Positions 21,696 to 33,260 of a stretch of 64,000 nt of DNA are shown piece after piece (the first letter of the stretch is position 1; every line of letters starts with the position of its first letter). The stretch lies in contig CAVSHO010000011.1 in the NCBI GenBank assembly GCA_963727825.1, positions 96,001-160,000 on the forward strand, written 5' to 3'. This DNA comes from Ignavibacteriota bacterium (GTDB taxonomy: Bacteria; Bacteroidota; Ignavibacteria; UBA10030). The position numbers and the translations under genes were made by a program. Under the pieces are notes generated by a model, which had not been told where the DNA came from, made no database searches, and saw only the letters and a program-made list of their open reading frames with translations.

Positions 21696-21706
21696 GCTTC
21701 AATGCT

Positions 21707-22588
21707 TTAAGAATTTCGCGCATCCTTTCCCCAATTAAGCTTTCTCCTTAGTACATCGTAATAACTTCTATTCTTTCGCTTTACAAGCTTAGTCGTAAGC
21801 GGTGATCGCTCAATAGTGATATCCACGGGTACCTGCAAGAATGACTGTTGTTGGCCATCAGCTGCAAGATGAATTTTTCCGGTTGCTGTTTCAACTTTGA
21901 GAGTGATAATTGACCCTTCCGGTACTACAACTGTTCTTGCTGTTAATGTATGCGGACAAATAGGGCTTATAAGAATCAATTGATTTGTAGGTGTCACAAT
22001 TGGGCCGCCATTTGAAAGAGCGTATGCCGTCGATCCTGTAGGCGTAGCAATAATAATGCCATCACCAATGAATTTAGATAGAAACTCACCGTTCACAAAT
22101 GTTTTTACGCTGAACATCCGCGACGAACCGGTCTGATGAAGAACGATATCATTTAATGCTTGTTCATTATTTTTTGATTTGCCAATTCGTGCTTGCAGCA
22201 TCATTCGATCTTCAATTATATAATCGTTGTTCATTATCTCGGTAAGACATTCGTCAAGTTCTTCGAGTGAAACTTCCGCAAGAAATCCTAATTTACCAAG
22301 ATTAATACCTAATATTGGAGTAGTCATACCGCTAACAAGCCTTGCCATACGAAGGATCGTTCCATCACCACCAAGTGAAATAAGAATATCACACGATGCC
22401 GGCAGCTTTTGTTCTGAAATAACAGGCGATTCACTAAGAAGTTGCTTATCTATCTTTCCACGCAATCCTTTTGCCATCGCCGCATGAAGAACGTACGGCA
22501 CTTCTTCCTTTTTAAACCTTGTGATTAGCCGTCCAACTACTTCAGGCAATTCTGTTTTATCTAAATTTCCTGCAATTCCGAATCTCAT
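21707..22588 (-). CDS. nadK: NAD kinase
   Basis: GGDGT, GINLGKLGFL, TPTGSTAY motifs. Confidence 0.95.
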   Translation of the reverse strand: MRFGIAGNLDKTELPEVVGRLITRFKKEEVPYVLHAAMAKGLRGKIDKQLLSESPVISEQKLPASCDILISLGGDGTILRMARLVSGMTTPILGINLGKLGFLAEVSLEELDECLTEIMNNDYIIEDRMMLQARIGKSKNNEQALNDIVLHQTGSSRMFSVKTFVNGEFLSKFIGDGIIIATPTGSTAYALSNGGPIVTPTNQLILISPICPHTLTARTVVVPEGSIITLKVETATGKIHLAADGQQQSFLQVPVDITIERSPLTTKLVKRKNRSYYDVLRRKLNWGKDARNS

Positions 22589-22596
22589 AGTGCACT

Positions 22597-22884
22597 CTAC
22601 TTTTTTTCCGTTGATGGCTTTTCTTTTGATATCTCGTCAACATAATTCAACTTCAATTCCTGCAGGATACCTTTTAGTAATTTAGTTTCATCTTCAGATA
22701 AATTTCCACGCGTTTTTTCTTCCAGCATATCGAGAATATCGATAGATAATTGTGCTTGCTGAAGATCTCGCTCAATCTTATCTGAAATAGGATTCTTTAA
22801 TTTTCCCATCTGTTGCATTGCCGCCGCCTGAAAAGTCATCACTAAACTAAAAAAAAGAGAAATATTCTTTTCTGTTGAAACCAT
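22597..22884 (-). CDS. DUF1844 family protein
   Basis: IDILDMLEEKTRGNL...ELKLNYV. Confidence 0.85.
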   Translation of the reverse strand: MVSTEKNISLFFSLVMTFQAAAMQQMGKLKNPISDKIERDLQQAQLSIDILDMLEEKTRGNLSEDETKLLKGILQELKLNYVDEISKEKPSTEKK

Positions 22885-22886
22885 AA

Positions 22887-23651
22887 TTATCTCCTTTCAT
22901 TTTTCCATAGTTCATGCAATTTTGCATATTTTAAAAATACTGCATGCGATGAAATCATACACACAACAAACCCATAATACCCATCTAAGAAACCGCATTT
23001 CAAAACATAATCACGAATGAACCTAAATCCGGGAGAAACGATTAATCGCACCACTGATGCCTTTTTCCCTTGTTCAAACAAAACATGCGCAGATATCTCT
23101 GTAAAATAATCTACCTGCTTGATATGATCAGAAATTGAATAATAACTGTAGTGCAGAATGTCTCCGTGCAAATATCCGACAATTGCATTAGATTCATTTA
23201 ATGCATATCTGTCATGCGGATTGACTCCAGTCCATTTCCCTTTTCGCCTATCGAATAAGCGTATCTTCCGATCCGGATACCAGCCACAGTGCTGAATCCA
23301 TGCGCCACAGTAATTCGTCAATCGGTTCATTTTATATCCATCATATTTCCATTCGGATTTTACCGAAGCGATGGATTTTCGCAATTCCTCTGAGAGAACC
23401 TCATCCGCATCTAGTGATAATGCGAAAGAGAATGAAGTCTTCTCTAAGGCATAATTTTTTTGTTGGATATGTCCTTCAAATTTGTGCTGAAATACTTTTG
23501 CGCCATGGGAATTGCATATTTCTACAGTCTTATCGGTAGAATATGAATCCACAACCACAATCTCATCCGCAATTTCTTTGATGGAATCGAGGCAGCGAGC
23601 GATGTTGCGTTCTTCATTATAAGTAATGATAACAACCGAAAGCTGAATCAC
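22887..23651 (-). CDS. Glycosyltransferase family 2
   Basis: VVIITYNEE, DSYSTD, LDADE, WYPD. Confidence 0.92.
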   Translation of the reverse strand: MIQLSVVIITYNEERNIARCLDSIKEIADEIVVVDSYSTDKTVEICNSHGAKVFQHKFEGHIQQKNYALEKTSFSFALSLDADEVLSEELRKSIASVKSEWKYDGYKMNRLTNYCGAWIQHCGWYPDRKIRLFDRRKGKWTGVNPHDRYALNESNAIVGYLHGDILHYSYYSISDHIKQVDYFTEISAHVLFEQGKKASVVRLIVSPGFRFIRDYVLKCGFLDGYYGFVVCMISSHAVFLKYAKLHELWKNERR

Positions 23652-23665
23652 TAATGAATCCCCGC

Positions 23666-26248
23666 CTAATTTCCAATTACGATATTAACCAGTTTATTCG
23701 GAATAATAATTATTTTAACAACGCGCTTACCATCAGTATAACGTTTGATATTTGAATCTTCAAAAGCCAATCGTTCTAGTTCCGCTTTAGAAGTATCCAT
23801 CGCTACCGCAATTTTCGAGCGCACTTTTCCATTGATCTGCAACACAACCTCTACTGTCGATTCAGCACATTTGGCTTCATCATAAATTGGCCATGGTTCG
23901 TATGCTGTTGATTTCGTGTGCCCGATTATTTCCCAAATTTCTTCAGCAATGTGCGGGGCAAATGGCGCGAGGAGCAGAACAAAATTCTCCATCAGCTTAC
24001 GCGGCCTGGTTTCTAACTTCATTGCCTCGTTCAGGAATATCATCATTTGCGAAATGGCGGTATTGAAACGCAAATTATCAATGTCATCGCCAACTTTTTT
24101 TATAGTCTGATGGTAAAGCCGTTCAAAGTCTATGGTTGGCTCAGCATCTTTTATGGCTATATCCAACATCCCATCTTCATTTACAAACAGGCGCCAGAAC
24201 CGATTGAGGAATCGAAATACACCTTCTACACCGCGTGTGCTCCACGGTTTCATTTCCTCCAATGGTCCCATAAACATTTCGAACAACCGCATTGCATCGG
24301 CGCCGTATTCTTTCACTACATCATCCGGATTGACAACATTACCGCGCGATTTAGACATCTTGCGGGAATCTTCACCAAGAATAATTCCCTGATGCCGCAG
24401 TTTTAGAAACGGCTCTTTTGTACTGACATAACCAAGATCGTTCAACACTTTGTGCCAGAAACGTGAATACATCAAATGTAAAACTGCATGCTCCGAACCG
24501 CCTACGTATAAATCGATAGGCATCCAATATTTTTCTTTCTCTATGCCGCAAAAGGTTTTTTCATTTTTTGGATCGATGAAGCGGAGATAATACCAGCACG
24601 AACCTGCCCATTGCGGCATTGTGTTCGTCTCGCGGCGCCCCTTCAGGCCTGTTTCTTTATCGATAATGTTCACCCAGTCAGTTGCAAGAGCGAGCGGAGA
24701 TTCTGTTGTTCCACTCGGCTGGAATTTTTCCAAATTCGGCAATTCCAACGGTAATTCATTTTCATCAATTGCTTTTAGGGTTCCATCTTCAAGATATACA
24801 ATTGGAATTGGTTCGCCCCAATACCGTTGGCGCGAGAAAAGCCAATCGCGCAATTTATATGTTATTGCCAATTTGCCAATTTTTTTCTTTTCTAACCAAG
24901 CGACGATGGTCTCCTTTGCTTCAGGTGTCGACAATCCATCCAGGGAAACCTCGTTATTTGCAGAGTTGATTGCGATGCCGTCATCAATAAAACACTCAAC
25001 ATCACCCTGTCCGCCGTCGACAACTTTTATTATCTCTAAACCGAATTTCTTCGCAAACTCCATATCGCGATCATCGTGACCCGGCACTGCCATGATAGCT
25101 CCAGTGCCATATCCCATCAGCACATAATCTGCAATCCATATAGGAATTTCTTTTCCTGTTGTCGGATTGATGGCATAGCCGCCAGTGAAGACACCGGTTT
25201 TTTCTTTCTCTGTTCCACGCTCGAGTTCGCTCTTTGATGCTGTTTCTTTTCTATATAGTTGAATCTGTTGTCTTTGTTGCGATGATACAACAACATCTAC
25301 CAGTGGATGCTCTGGCGCAAGTACCATATACGTCGCACCGAATAGTGTGTCCGGACGTGTCGTGAAAACACGAATATTTTCCGGTTTACCTTTGACTGCA
25401 AAAACGACATCTGCGCCTTCAGAACGTCCAATCCAATTTCGCTGCTGTTCAAGTGTTGAGATTGGCCAATCCAATTCCTTTGCATCTTCCAACAAACGTT
25501 CTGAGTATGCCGTAATGCGCATCATCCATTGGCGCATCGGTCGTCGCTCGACAGAGTAACCTTTCTCTGTCCATTCAGCAACTTCTTCATTTGCCAACAC
25601 AGTCCCTAATCCTTCGCACCAGTTTACCGGTATTTCAGCAACATAAGCAAGTCGGAATTGCGCAATGAAATCGTGCTTTTCTTTTTTTGTCTTCCGCTTC
25701 CATTCATCTGCATTGAACGAATGTTCAACTTTCAAATTCTCTGTTCCGTATGCAGTAAGTTCCTGTTCTAATGTTTCAATCGGGCGAGCTTTACGTTTGC
25801 GAGGATCAAACCACGAATTATAAATCTTCAAAAATATCCATTGAGTCCATTTATAATATTTCGGGTCTGTTGTATTGACTTCTCGTTCCCAATCGTAACT
25901 CAACCCAAGCATCTTGATTTGTCGCCTAAAGGTATCAATGTTGCGTTCCGTCGTCTCTTTAGGATGAATATTCGTCTGCATTGCATAGCGCTCGGCAGGC
26001 AGACCGAATGCATCCCAGCCCATCGGATGCAAAACAGCAAAACCTTTCATTCGCCGATAGCGGCAGAGAATATCAGTGGCTGTGTATCCTTCCGGATGCC
26101 CGACATGCAATCCAGCTCCAGATGGATATGGAAACATGTCCAGCACATACGATTTGGGTTTTTGTTGACTATCTAAAACACGAAAAGTTTTCTCGCACTC
26201 CCAATATTCCTGCCATTTTTTTTCGATACTGAGAAAATCATACTTCAT
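23666..26248 (-). CDS. leuS: Leucine-tRNA ligase
   Basis: MFPYPSG.GLHVGH, KMSKS, FTTRPDT editing domain. Confidence 0.98.
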   Translation of the reverse strand: MKYDFLSIEKKWQEYWECEKTFRVLDSQQKPKSYVLDMFPYPSGAGLHVGHPEGYTATDILCRYRRMKGFAVLHPMGWDAFGLPAERYAMQTNIHPKETTERNIDTFRRQIKMLGLSYDWEREVNTTDPKYYKWTQWIFLKIYNSWFDPRKRKARPIETLEQELTAYGTENLKVEHSFNADEWKRKTKKEKHDFIAQFRLAYVAEIPVNWCEGLGTVLANEEVAEWTEKGYSVERRPMRQWMMRITAYSERLLEDAKELDWPISTLEQQRNWIGRSEGADVVFAVKGKPENIRVFTTRPDTLFGATYMVLAPEHPLVDVVVSSQQRQQIQLYRKETASKSELERGTEKEKTGVFTGGYAINPTTGKEIPIWIADYVLMGYGTGAIMAVPGHDDRDMEFAKKFGLEIIKVVDGGQGDVECFIDDGIAINSANNEVSLDGLSTPEAKETIVAWLEKKKIGKLAITYKLRDWLFSRQRYWGEPIPIVYLEDGTLKAIDENELPLELPNLEKFQPSGTTESPLALATDWVNIIDKETGLKGRRETNTMPQWAGSCWYYLRFIDPKNEKTFCGIEKEKYWMPIDLYVGGSEHAVLHLMYSRFWHKVLNDLGYVSTKEPFLKLRHQGIILGEDSRKMSKSRGNVVNPDDVVKEYGADAMRLFEMFMGPLEEMKPWSTRGVEGVFRFLNRFWRLFVNEDGMLDIAIKDAEPTIDFERLYHQTIKKVGDDIDNLRFNTAISQMMIFLNEAMKLETRPRKLMENFVLLLAPFAPHIAEEIWEIIGHTKSTAYEPWPIYDEAKCAESTVEVVLQINGKVRSKIAVAMDTSKAELERLAFEDSNIKRYTDGKRVVKIIIIPNKLVNIVIGN

Positions 26249-26673
26249 TCTATATAAATCCTTTTATCATCATAGGAAACAATATGCATTGCTTTAATGC
26301 AGTCAGATAGAATTTACACAAAGTGTGCCCTATTATCAACGTGCGTAGAAAAGATTAAGAAAGGCATACAGAATTATCAGGATGGTAGTTCCTATATGGC
26401 TAATTGGACCCAGTCCTAGTGATCCACCATCTCCTCCTATTATTCACCCAATGCCAATTGCGGGACATGCACCAATTGTAACTCAACCAAATCCTTCATC
26501 TCCAACTCGAAATACAGGGTATCAACGCTCGGAGTAGTCAGAACCCACACAACCAACAAGCCCAGTTCCTGACAAACGGACAAGCGGTTTGATACGATGT
26601 GGACGATAAGAATCGAATAGGACTGTCAATGTTCTTAAATGCAGAATTTCAATGGGAAATATAATAGCGATTA

Positions 26674-28356
26674 TTACAACGTTTTGAGAACCAACAAAGT
26701 AATATCGTCGGATTGCGGTGTGGCTTGGGTATGAATCTCTAACTCTTTTTGAATTTGCCGAATAATTTCTTTAGCAGAGAGATTTGTAGATTCCTTAAGA
26801 ATATTTTCTAGGCGCTCTTCAGTAAACTGCTCATTGTTTTGATTCATTGCCTCACTTACACCGTCCGTGTACATTACCAACACGTCTCCCGATAAAAGAG
26901 TAACCGAAGCATCCGTATATGGTGTTGTTGTTTTGAAGATGCCAAGAATCAGACCACCCTCTTCTAACTTTTCTATCGTTCCATTTTTTCTCAACAAGTA
27001 TGGCGGATTATGCCCGGCATTTGTGTAACAGAATTTACGTGTCTGCGCATCGAGTATGCCCCAAAAGAACGTGATAAATTTGCTTCCTCCACGAGTGTTT
27101 GCGCAAGTGAGATCATTAATTTGCCCAGTCGTTTCAGAGACCGACGTACATAAAGGGACAAGTGCACGTAAAGCTGCTTGTACATTTGCCATCAGCAGAG
27201 CTGCTGGTGTTCCTTTACCTGAGACATCGCCGATTGCCAGCACATATTCATTCTTCTTGCGAGTTATTACATCATAATAATCGCCACCGACTTCTTTTGA
27301 TGAAATCGTGAGTGCAGCGATATCGAACTGCGGGATCGCCGGAAGTTTTTCTGGCAGAAGCCCCTGCTGAATTTCCCTTGCAATATTTAATTCATCTTCC
27401 ATCCTCTGTTTTTCGATAGCGGTCTTAAAGAGCCGTGCGTTTTCGATGGAGATGATAGCAAGATTACCGAGTGAGTATAGAAATTCGAGATCGGCTCGCA
27501 AATATATACCGCCGCGCAATTTTTCTCCAAGTAAAATCATTCCATTTGTTTTTTGTTGGATGTGCATCGGTACAACCGCGGTAATTCCCATTTTAATGAG
27601 TCTTGCCGCGGCAATGCGATATGCTTTCTGCTTTAACAAATCCTGTGTGGTAGCAGATTTTGTGAGATCGCATAGGTTAGGAAGAATTTCTTGCAGAGTT
27701 TCGCTTCCCTCCATCCGTGAAGCGATAATATTTAGTTCATCTTTATTCCGTATACAAATTGCATAACTCTTTACTCCAATTTGTCCGAGAAGTGCAAACG
27801 TGACGAGGCGAACTACTTTTTTTTCATCAAGCCCTATATTGAACTCTTTGCTTAAATCAAAGAGGGTGTTAAGCTCCTGAATTTTTCGATCGAGACTTCG
27901 ATTTGCATCCTTCACCTGATCAATGATAAGTGCCTTCTCTATTGCTGCACCAGATAGATTGACCAATGATTGAATGATTTTTTTATCCAATTCTGAGAAT
28001 GGAGATTTTGTCAACCTCTCGCTAAGTGTGATATATCCGACGATGCGTCTTTGAGAAAATATTGGAATTACAAGTGATTGCTGATGGTGATTAAGAAATT
28101 CTAACCATCGAGAACTTCCGTGAACCAGTTTTTTTGTCAGTTGAATAGAACGCATCGGTTGTTCGATTTCGATACTCTGTCCGACAGTGGAATTATCTAC
28201 TCCCTTTGCAGCAATTACTTTAAATATTTTTCCCGTATGCTTAAGAAGAATTATGCCGCGCGTAACGAGCATCTTACCCATTAGCGTTCTTAGAACTGTA
28301 CTGAGAATGAAATCAAGTTCGAGCGAGGAATTTATGATAGTGCTAAACTCGAACAA
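26674..28356 (-). CDS. GAF-containing PP2C/SpoIIE phosphatase (RsbU-like)
   Basis: VGGDYYD, GDVSGKG, YTDG, SDDIT motifs; start uncertain. Confidence 0.9.
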   Translation of the reverse strand: MFEFSTIINSSLELDFILSTVLRTLMGKMLVTRGIILLKHTGKIFKVIAAKGVDNSTVGQSIEIEQPMRSIQLTKKLVHGSSRWLEFLNHHQQSLVIPIFSQRRIVGYITLSERLTKSPFSELDKKIIQSLVNLSGAAIEKALIIDQVKDANRSLDRKIQELNTLFDLSKEFNIGLDEKKVVRLVTFALLGQIGVKSYAICIRNKDELNIIASRMEGSETLQEILPNLCDLTKSATTQDLLKQKAYRIAAARLIKMGITAVVPMHIQQKTNGMILLGEKLRGGIYLRADLEFLYSLGNLAIISIENARLFKTAIEKQRMEDELNIAREIQQGLLPEKLPAIPQFDIAALTISSKEVGGDYYDVITRKKNEYVLAIGDVSGKGTPAALLMANVQAALRALVPLCTSVSETTGQINDLTCANTRGGSKFITFFWGILDAQTRKFCYTNAGHNPPYLLRKNGTIEKLEEGGLILGIFKTTTPYTDASVTLLSGDVLVMYTDGVSEAMNQNNEQFTEERLENILKESTNLSAKEIIRQIQKELEIHTQATPQSDDITLLVLKTL

Positions 28357-28421
28357 TGGAATTAGATCTGAAGTTTGTTTTCGATCAACCGATTTTATTT
28401 GTAAGTTAGAGCGTTTCGTTG

Positions 28422-28874
28422 CTACCTCTCTGTAACCATGGATGCATCCGACAAATACTTGATAAGCCGTACTTCGTTCCGTTTTCCCTTATGAAAATTG
28501 TATTCCACCTTGTCCATCAATTTTTTCATCATATATACGCCAAGTCCACCCCGTTTGCGATGACCAATATGTTCTTTCAAATCCGGTTGACGAATTGTAG
28601 AAGGATTAAATGATTTGCCGCTATCATATATCCGGATTTCAAAGGAACGTTTTTGTGGAATAATTGAAACTTCAATTTCTTTATCTGTTGCATATTGATA
28701 TGCATGCTTAATAATATTTGTGCACGCCTCATCTACCGCTAACACAATATTAGCAGTGTCTTCTTCAGAAAAACCAAACGCACGTGCTGCTTCACCGACA
28801 AACTCTCTCACTTCATAAAGATAGTCTGTCTGACTTAGAATTCTTTTCGAACTATGTGATACCTGCGTTTTCAT
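28422..28874 (-). CDS. Anti-sigma factor kinase (RsbW-like)
   Basis: LAVDEACTNIIKHAY, GGLG..MMKKLMD. Confidence 0.9.
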   Translation of the reverse strand: MKTQVSHSSKRILSQTDYLYEVREFVGEAARAFGFSEEDTANIVLAVDEACTNIIKHAYQYATDKEIEVSIIPQKRSFEIRIYDSGKSFNPSTIRQPDLKEHIGHRKRGGLGVYMMKKLMDKVEYNFHKGKRNEVRLIKYLSDASMVTER

Positions 28875-28913
28875 TGGTTCTAGTTTTTACAAAACTGGAT
28901 TAGTTTCCAATTA

Positions 28914-29270
28914 TTATTTTTTTGTTTCATGAAATCGAACAACCGCCTCTTGTTCATCCTTAAATATTTCGTATAAGATTGGAAAGCCCAGCAAGTCAAA
29001 TACATTGTATACCTTCGGCGTCATATTAGTCAACTTGATGTCTCCTTTATTCTTACGCACGTCCTCGACATACGCCATAAATACTCCTAAACCTGCGCTG
29101 CTGATGTACGAAAGATCACGGCAGTTCACTACGATATTAAATTTGTTTTCTGTCATCAGTTTTTGGAAAGCATTTTCGAGATCAGGCGCAGTGTGAGCAT
29201 CAAGGTACCCCTTGAGTTCGATCACGCTAACATCCTCATTATCCCGTTGGTGGATTTTAAAATCAATCAT
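28914..29270 (-). CDS. STAS anti-anti-sigma factor (RsbV-like)
   Basis: GYLDAHTA, YISSAGLG phospho-site. Confidence 0.92.
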   Translation of the reverse strand: MIDFKIHQRDNEDVSVIELKGYLDAHTAPDLENAFQKLMTENKFNIVVNCRDLSYISSAGLGVFMAYVEDVRKNKGDIKLTNMTPKVYNVFDLLGFPILYEIFKDEQEAVVRFHETKK

Positions 29271-29330
29271 GGTGGTCTCCTTCTTGTCCTTCTCTCCTTG
29301 CAATCGATTGAATATGCATTATAACTATCC

Positions 29331-31427
29331 TTAAATATTTCCTAACCACTTCATTACAATGAGTGTTACATCATCATTATACGTTCCTTGACCGATAAAA
29401 GTTCGAACGCTGCTTAAAATCTGTTCTTTCATTTCGTTTGCTGAACAATCAGTGCATTTACCTGCTATTTGCATCAATCGCTCGTATCCGTATTCTTCCA
29501 TTTCTGCATTGCGCGATTCGGTGATGCCATCGGTATAGAAAATGCAAATGTCACCATGTTGAAGTACAATAGCGCGTTCCTCAATCGCTTGATCAAACTG
29601 AGACTTATCTGTCAATCCCAGCCCAATACCTGTTGGTCGTATTAATTCAACAGAATTGCACGAAGCATAAATCATTGGACAATGCCCCGCACGAGCAATG
29701 GTGAGTGTTGCGTTCCGAACATCAAGCACACCGTATATTGCACTAATAAACATATTCTTTTCTAAAGTTTCCATTAGTGCATCATTTGTCCGTGAAAGTA
29801 ACTCCTGCGGTGTCGTACAAATTTTACTTAACGACATTATGATTCCTTTTAACTCTGCCATATAAAATGCGGCAGAGACGCCTTTTCCCGACACATCGCC
29901 AATGACAATTCCAATACGCTCACCAGGAAGAGCAATGACATCGTAATAATCTCCGCCGACTTCCAACGAAGACTCAGACACCGCCGCAAATTCAGCTGAT
30001 GATAATTGTGGCAAAGATTGAGGGAGCAAACGTTTTTGCATCCGTTGTGCCACCATCATTTCTTGATGCAGTCGCTCTCTCTCGATTGATTTGGAAATCA
30101 AGCGTGAATTTTCTATTGCGATACTAACATGGTCTGCAAACGTTGTCATCACATCAATATCATCTTGATCAAATGCATTCTGAAAGTCTTTCGTAGCATG
30201 CAAAACGCCGATAAGTTTTCCATGGGATAGAAGCGGAATAGTGAGCAAAGAACCGCGTGCAAATCCCTTTTCTTTAAGATGTTTCGTCCTCCGATCCGAC
30301 CAAATATCTTCAATGAGCAATGCTTTGTGCGAATCAATAAGATAACGCATTAATTGTGTCCCATCATCCGCAGCTACAAGATCAATCTCATGTTGACTAA
30401 TGTTGCGCTTGGCTACTAATTCAACTGATATCTCGCCCGTGTTATCGTCTATAGAAAAAAGTTCCAACCAGACACTGCGTGCGCCGCATACTTCTGATGT
30501 CATCTGTGTAACAGTGTTTAACAAGTCATTGAAATCGAACACCTGGGTCACTAAACGGCTCAAGTTATGCAGCGACAACAACTCAGACTGTTTCCGTTCG
30601 AAGACTTCCGCTGTCGGTAAGTGAAATAATGTACTTATAAATGTAACACTAAAATAAATTGTACCGAATATTACATTTAACTGGATAAATGTATGCAGTG
30701 GCCCGCTGTATGCAACCAGATTTTCACCACCTCCCGATCTTTGAGCAAGATATACATCCAATATAACGAGAGTGATAAAAAGTAACATTGAATATATGAT
30801 TGAATATTTTTTTTCACGTTTCGAGAGATATACAATCCAATTTTGCTTAAACGAATTTATAATAATCAACACAACTGTCAATGAAAAGAATATCGAAGCT
30901 AATATATTACCCTCCGGTAGAAGAAAGGGAATATCAGCGGCGCATGCCGCAAAGAGAAGCAGAAGATAAGCAAAATAATATCGCCAGGTTGTTTTACGGC
31001 GTTTGAAAAGCACTAAGTCGTGGATAATAATCAGCAAATACAAAGACAGCACTCCAAGAACTAAAGCAATAAGAGTTGAAGCAAGTAGTACCAATGCTGA
31101 TTTGTGAATGTGGAAAGATTCATCTCCAAAGATATAATGAGGTTGGATAAATGAACAAATTGCTATAACAATCAAGGAAAGAACAACTGCAAAAAATACC
31201 CGTCCAATTTCTCTCGGAGCGTTGCGCTGTGACATTTTTCGTCGTTTTTCAAGGAACAACCCGATGAGTGTGAATGAGCCGAGAACGAAGAGTTCACGTA
31301 GGATAGTGACACTTGCGTTGTCAAACTCAACTGCAGCGCCTATAACGTCGTATATAAATACAAGTGGTAAAAGAATTGCCGGTATAACCAGTAACGCTAA
31401 TCTTTTTGTCGCAGATATATTAACCAT
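29331..31427 (-). CDS. Membrane-anchored GAF + PP2C/SpoIIE phosphatase
   Basis: N-terminal TM bundle, GAF region, VGGDYYD/GDVSGKG/YTDG/DDVT. Confidence 0.9.
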   Translation of the reverse strand: MVNISATKRLALLVIPAILLPLVFIYDVIGAAVEFDNASVTILRELFVLGSFTLIGLFLEKRRKMSQRNAPREIGRVFFAVVLSLIVIAICSFIQPHYIFGDESFHIHKSALVLLASTLIALVLGVLSLYLLIIIHDLVLFKRRKTTWRYYFAYLLLLFAACAADIPFLLPEGNILASIFFSLTVVLIIINSFKQNWIVYLSKREKKYSIIYSMLLFITLVILDVYLAQRSGGGENLVAYSGPLHTFIQLNVIFGTIYFSVTFISTLFHLPTAEVFERKQSELLSLHNLSRLVTQVFDFNDLLNTVTQMTSEVCGARSVWLELFSIDDNTGEISVELVAKRNISQHEIDLVAADDGTQLMRYLIDSHKALLIEDIWSDRRTKHLKEKGFARGSLLTIPLLSHGKLIGVLHATKDFQNAFDQDDIDVMTTFADHVSIAIENSRLISKSIERERLHQEMMVAQRMQKRLLPQSLPQLSSAEFAAVSESSLEVGGDYYDVIALPGERIGIVIGDVSGKGVSAAFYMAELKGIIMSLSKICTTPQELLSRTNDALMETLEKNMFISAIYGVLDVRNATLTIARAGHCPMIYASCNSVELIRPTGIGLGLTDKSQFDQAIEERAIVLQHGDICIFYTDGITESRNAEMEEYGYERLMQIAGKCTDCSANEMKEQILSSVRTFIGQGTYNDDVTLIVMKWLGNI

Positions 31428-31748
31428 TACTCGCTATCCATAATATATCTCAACATATTTTCAGAATAGACCAATGATTATGTTCTTCTGATGCACTATT
31501 AGATTGACAATGAGTTTGCAGCACTACTTGTTCTTCGTAATAATTGACTAAAAGTTGCGGAAAAGCAGCAATATTTTAAATGTGAATAATAGAATAATAA
31601 CAGGCATGACTGACATCCGATAACTTCATCATGGCATTCCTGGATTCACTCGCAACTTACAATTTACAGCGAATAAAAAACCGCAAATAGTTTCTATTTT
31701 ATATATATCATAGAAACACATTTACGGCCTTCTCGTTTGATAGAAAAT

Positions 31749-32438
31749 CTATATGCTATATTCTGCGATGAAACGATCAACATCGCGGGCATATGAGGAA
31801 GAGGGAAATTCTTTTTTTAGCGTCTGAAGAAGTTCTATAGCTTTTTCTTTCTTCCCAGCCGCCGCAAAGTTTACTGCCGATTTCTGTAAGTTTTCCGGCG
31901 TTTGTATCGTCGTCATATTTTTCGATGCCGCTTTTTCAAAATAGGAAGCCGCATGGCTGAAATCGCCTTTCGCTTCATAACAAGACGCCATTCCTGCATA
32001 GGCTGAGGCAGTAATCATTTTATCCGATACACTGATATCATCGTAGGTGCTCAGAGCTTTGTCATAATTTTTTAACGCGAAGTAGGAATTTGCTAAATAC
32101 AACTTCGCAATTTCACCTGCTTGTGTACTGCCATGCTCATCCACGATGGCTTGCAATCCTTGAGTGCCTTCTTGAGGAACGCCATTGACAGCAAGATCAT
32201 ATCTTCCTTCATCGTAGTATTGCGTTACCTTGGCGAGCATAGCCGTTGCCTTTTCATTTGAATCAGCTCGACTTTTACTCCAGAGAAAACCGACAACTAC
32301 AAGCCCTACAAGCCCGATTCCAACATAAGAAAGAATCTTTGTGTTTTCATCTATCCATTTACGCACTTCGAAGTATTTCGTTACAAGCTTATCTTCTTTG
32401 ATTTCTCTTTTGGAAATTTTTTTCTGTGGTTTAAGCAT
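31749..32438 (-). CDS. Membrane-anchored TPR protein (YfgM-like)
   Basis: Single TM followed by TPR-like helices. Confidence 0.75.
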   Translation of the reverse strand: MLKPQKKISKREIKEDKLVTKYFEVRKWIDENTKILSYVGIGLVGLVVVGFLWSKSRADSNEKATAMLAKVTQYYDEGRYDLAVNGVPQEGTQGLQAIVDEHGSTQAGEIAKLYLANSYFALKNYDKALSTYDDISVSDKMITASAYAGMASCYEAKGDFSHAASYFEKAASKNMTTIQTPENLQKSAVNFAAAGKKEKAIELLQTLKKEFPSSSYARDVDRFIAEYSI

Positions 32439-32476
32439 GTCAATTCCTAAATCAGTTAATAAATTAATTATTTCTG

Positions 32477-32550
32477 TGCGCCCGAGGCGATTCGAACGCC
32501 TGGCCTACAGCTCCGGAGGCTGTCGCTCTATCCAGCTGAGCTACGGGCGC
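32477..32550 (-). tRNA. tRNA-Arg(CCG), intact copy at the distal end of integrated element 1
   Basis: Cloverleaf, ACAGC-CT-CCG-GA-GCTGT anticodon arm. Confidence 0.96.
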
Positions 32551-33099
32551 AAGTTAAAATCCGTTATTTTCTACATTCGCCTTGTTCGAGTTGAGTGAAG
32601 TTTCGTTTTTATTTCACTCTGCAAGTGCTTAAAAAAGTACTCAATCTGCCACGAATAAAAAACGCCGAGCGAAACGAGGCTTCCGGTCTCAAAACACTTG
32701 GCGTTCTACTCTTTCGAGTAAATTTCTTTTTGTTATCTTCGGAAGCATGTTTCTTTAAGTTCGATATTAATATACGAAAAGAGGGAGGAGAATACAAGAG
32801 GGTCTAATTGAGGCAATTGGACTCAGATAATTTCAAAAACTTACCTTTTTGTAACAATTCCTGATTAGAAAATTTCTTAAAACTTAGTTTTCCTCTTTTG
32901 TTTTCAATACTTTTTCAATTTTGTTGCTGCTCAAAATATTTTTTTGTTTTAGCTGTCAAACGCTATTATATGGCTCCCTTTTAGATACTTCTCTGCTGTT
33001 TTCGTACTGTTTTTTGTGATTTTTCGTACTTTTTTTTCACTTTTTCGTACTTTTTTTTCAATGATAATCCATACTCTTTGTTCTCCATTCCTTATTAGG

Positions 33100-33260
33100 A
33101 ACTTTGACATTGACATTGCCTAAGGGAAAACGTGTCTAAGTCAAAGTGGTTAAGGAAAAAAGAGAGAGATAGACAAGAATTGTGTACCTATCTACTATCT
33201 TACTTTGACATTGACATCTTTCTGTATAGGGATTGTCAAAGTGTCGAAGTGTCAAAGTGA
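33100..33260. repeat. Iteron-like repeats (ACTTTGACA/TGTCAAAGT), putative origin of element 1
   Basis: actttgacattgacat at ~33101 and ~33202; gtcaaagtg at ~33140, 33235, 33251; directly downstream of the helicase gene. Confidence 0.65.

Noticed and set aside
26382-26537. Short proline-rich plus-strand ORF
   Set aside because: No recognisable family or clear RBS; possibly a gene remnant
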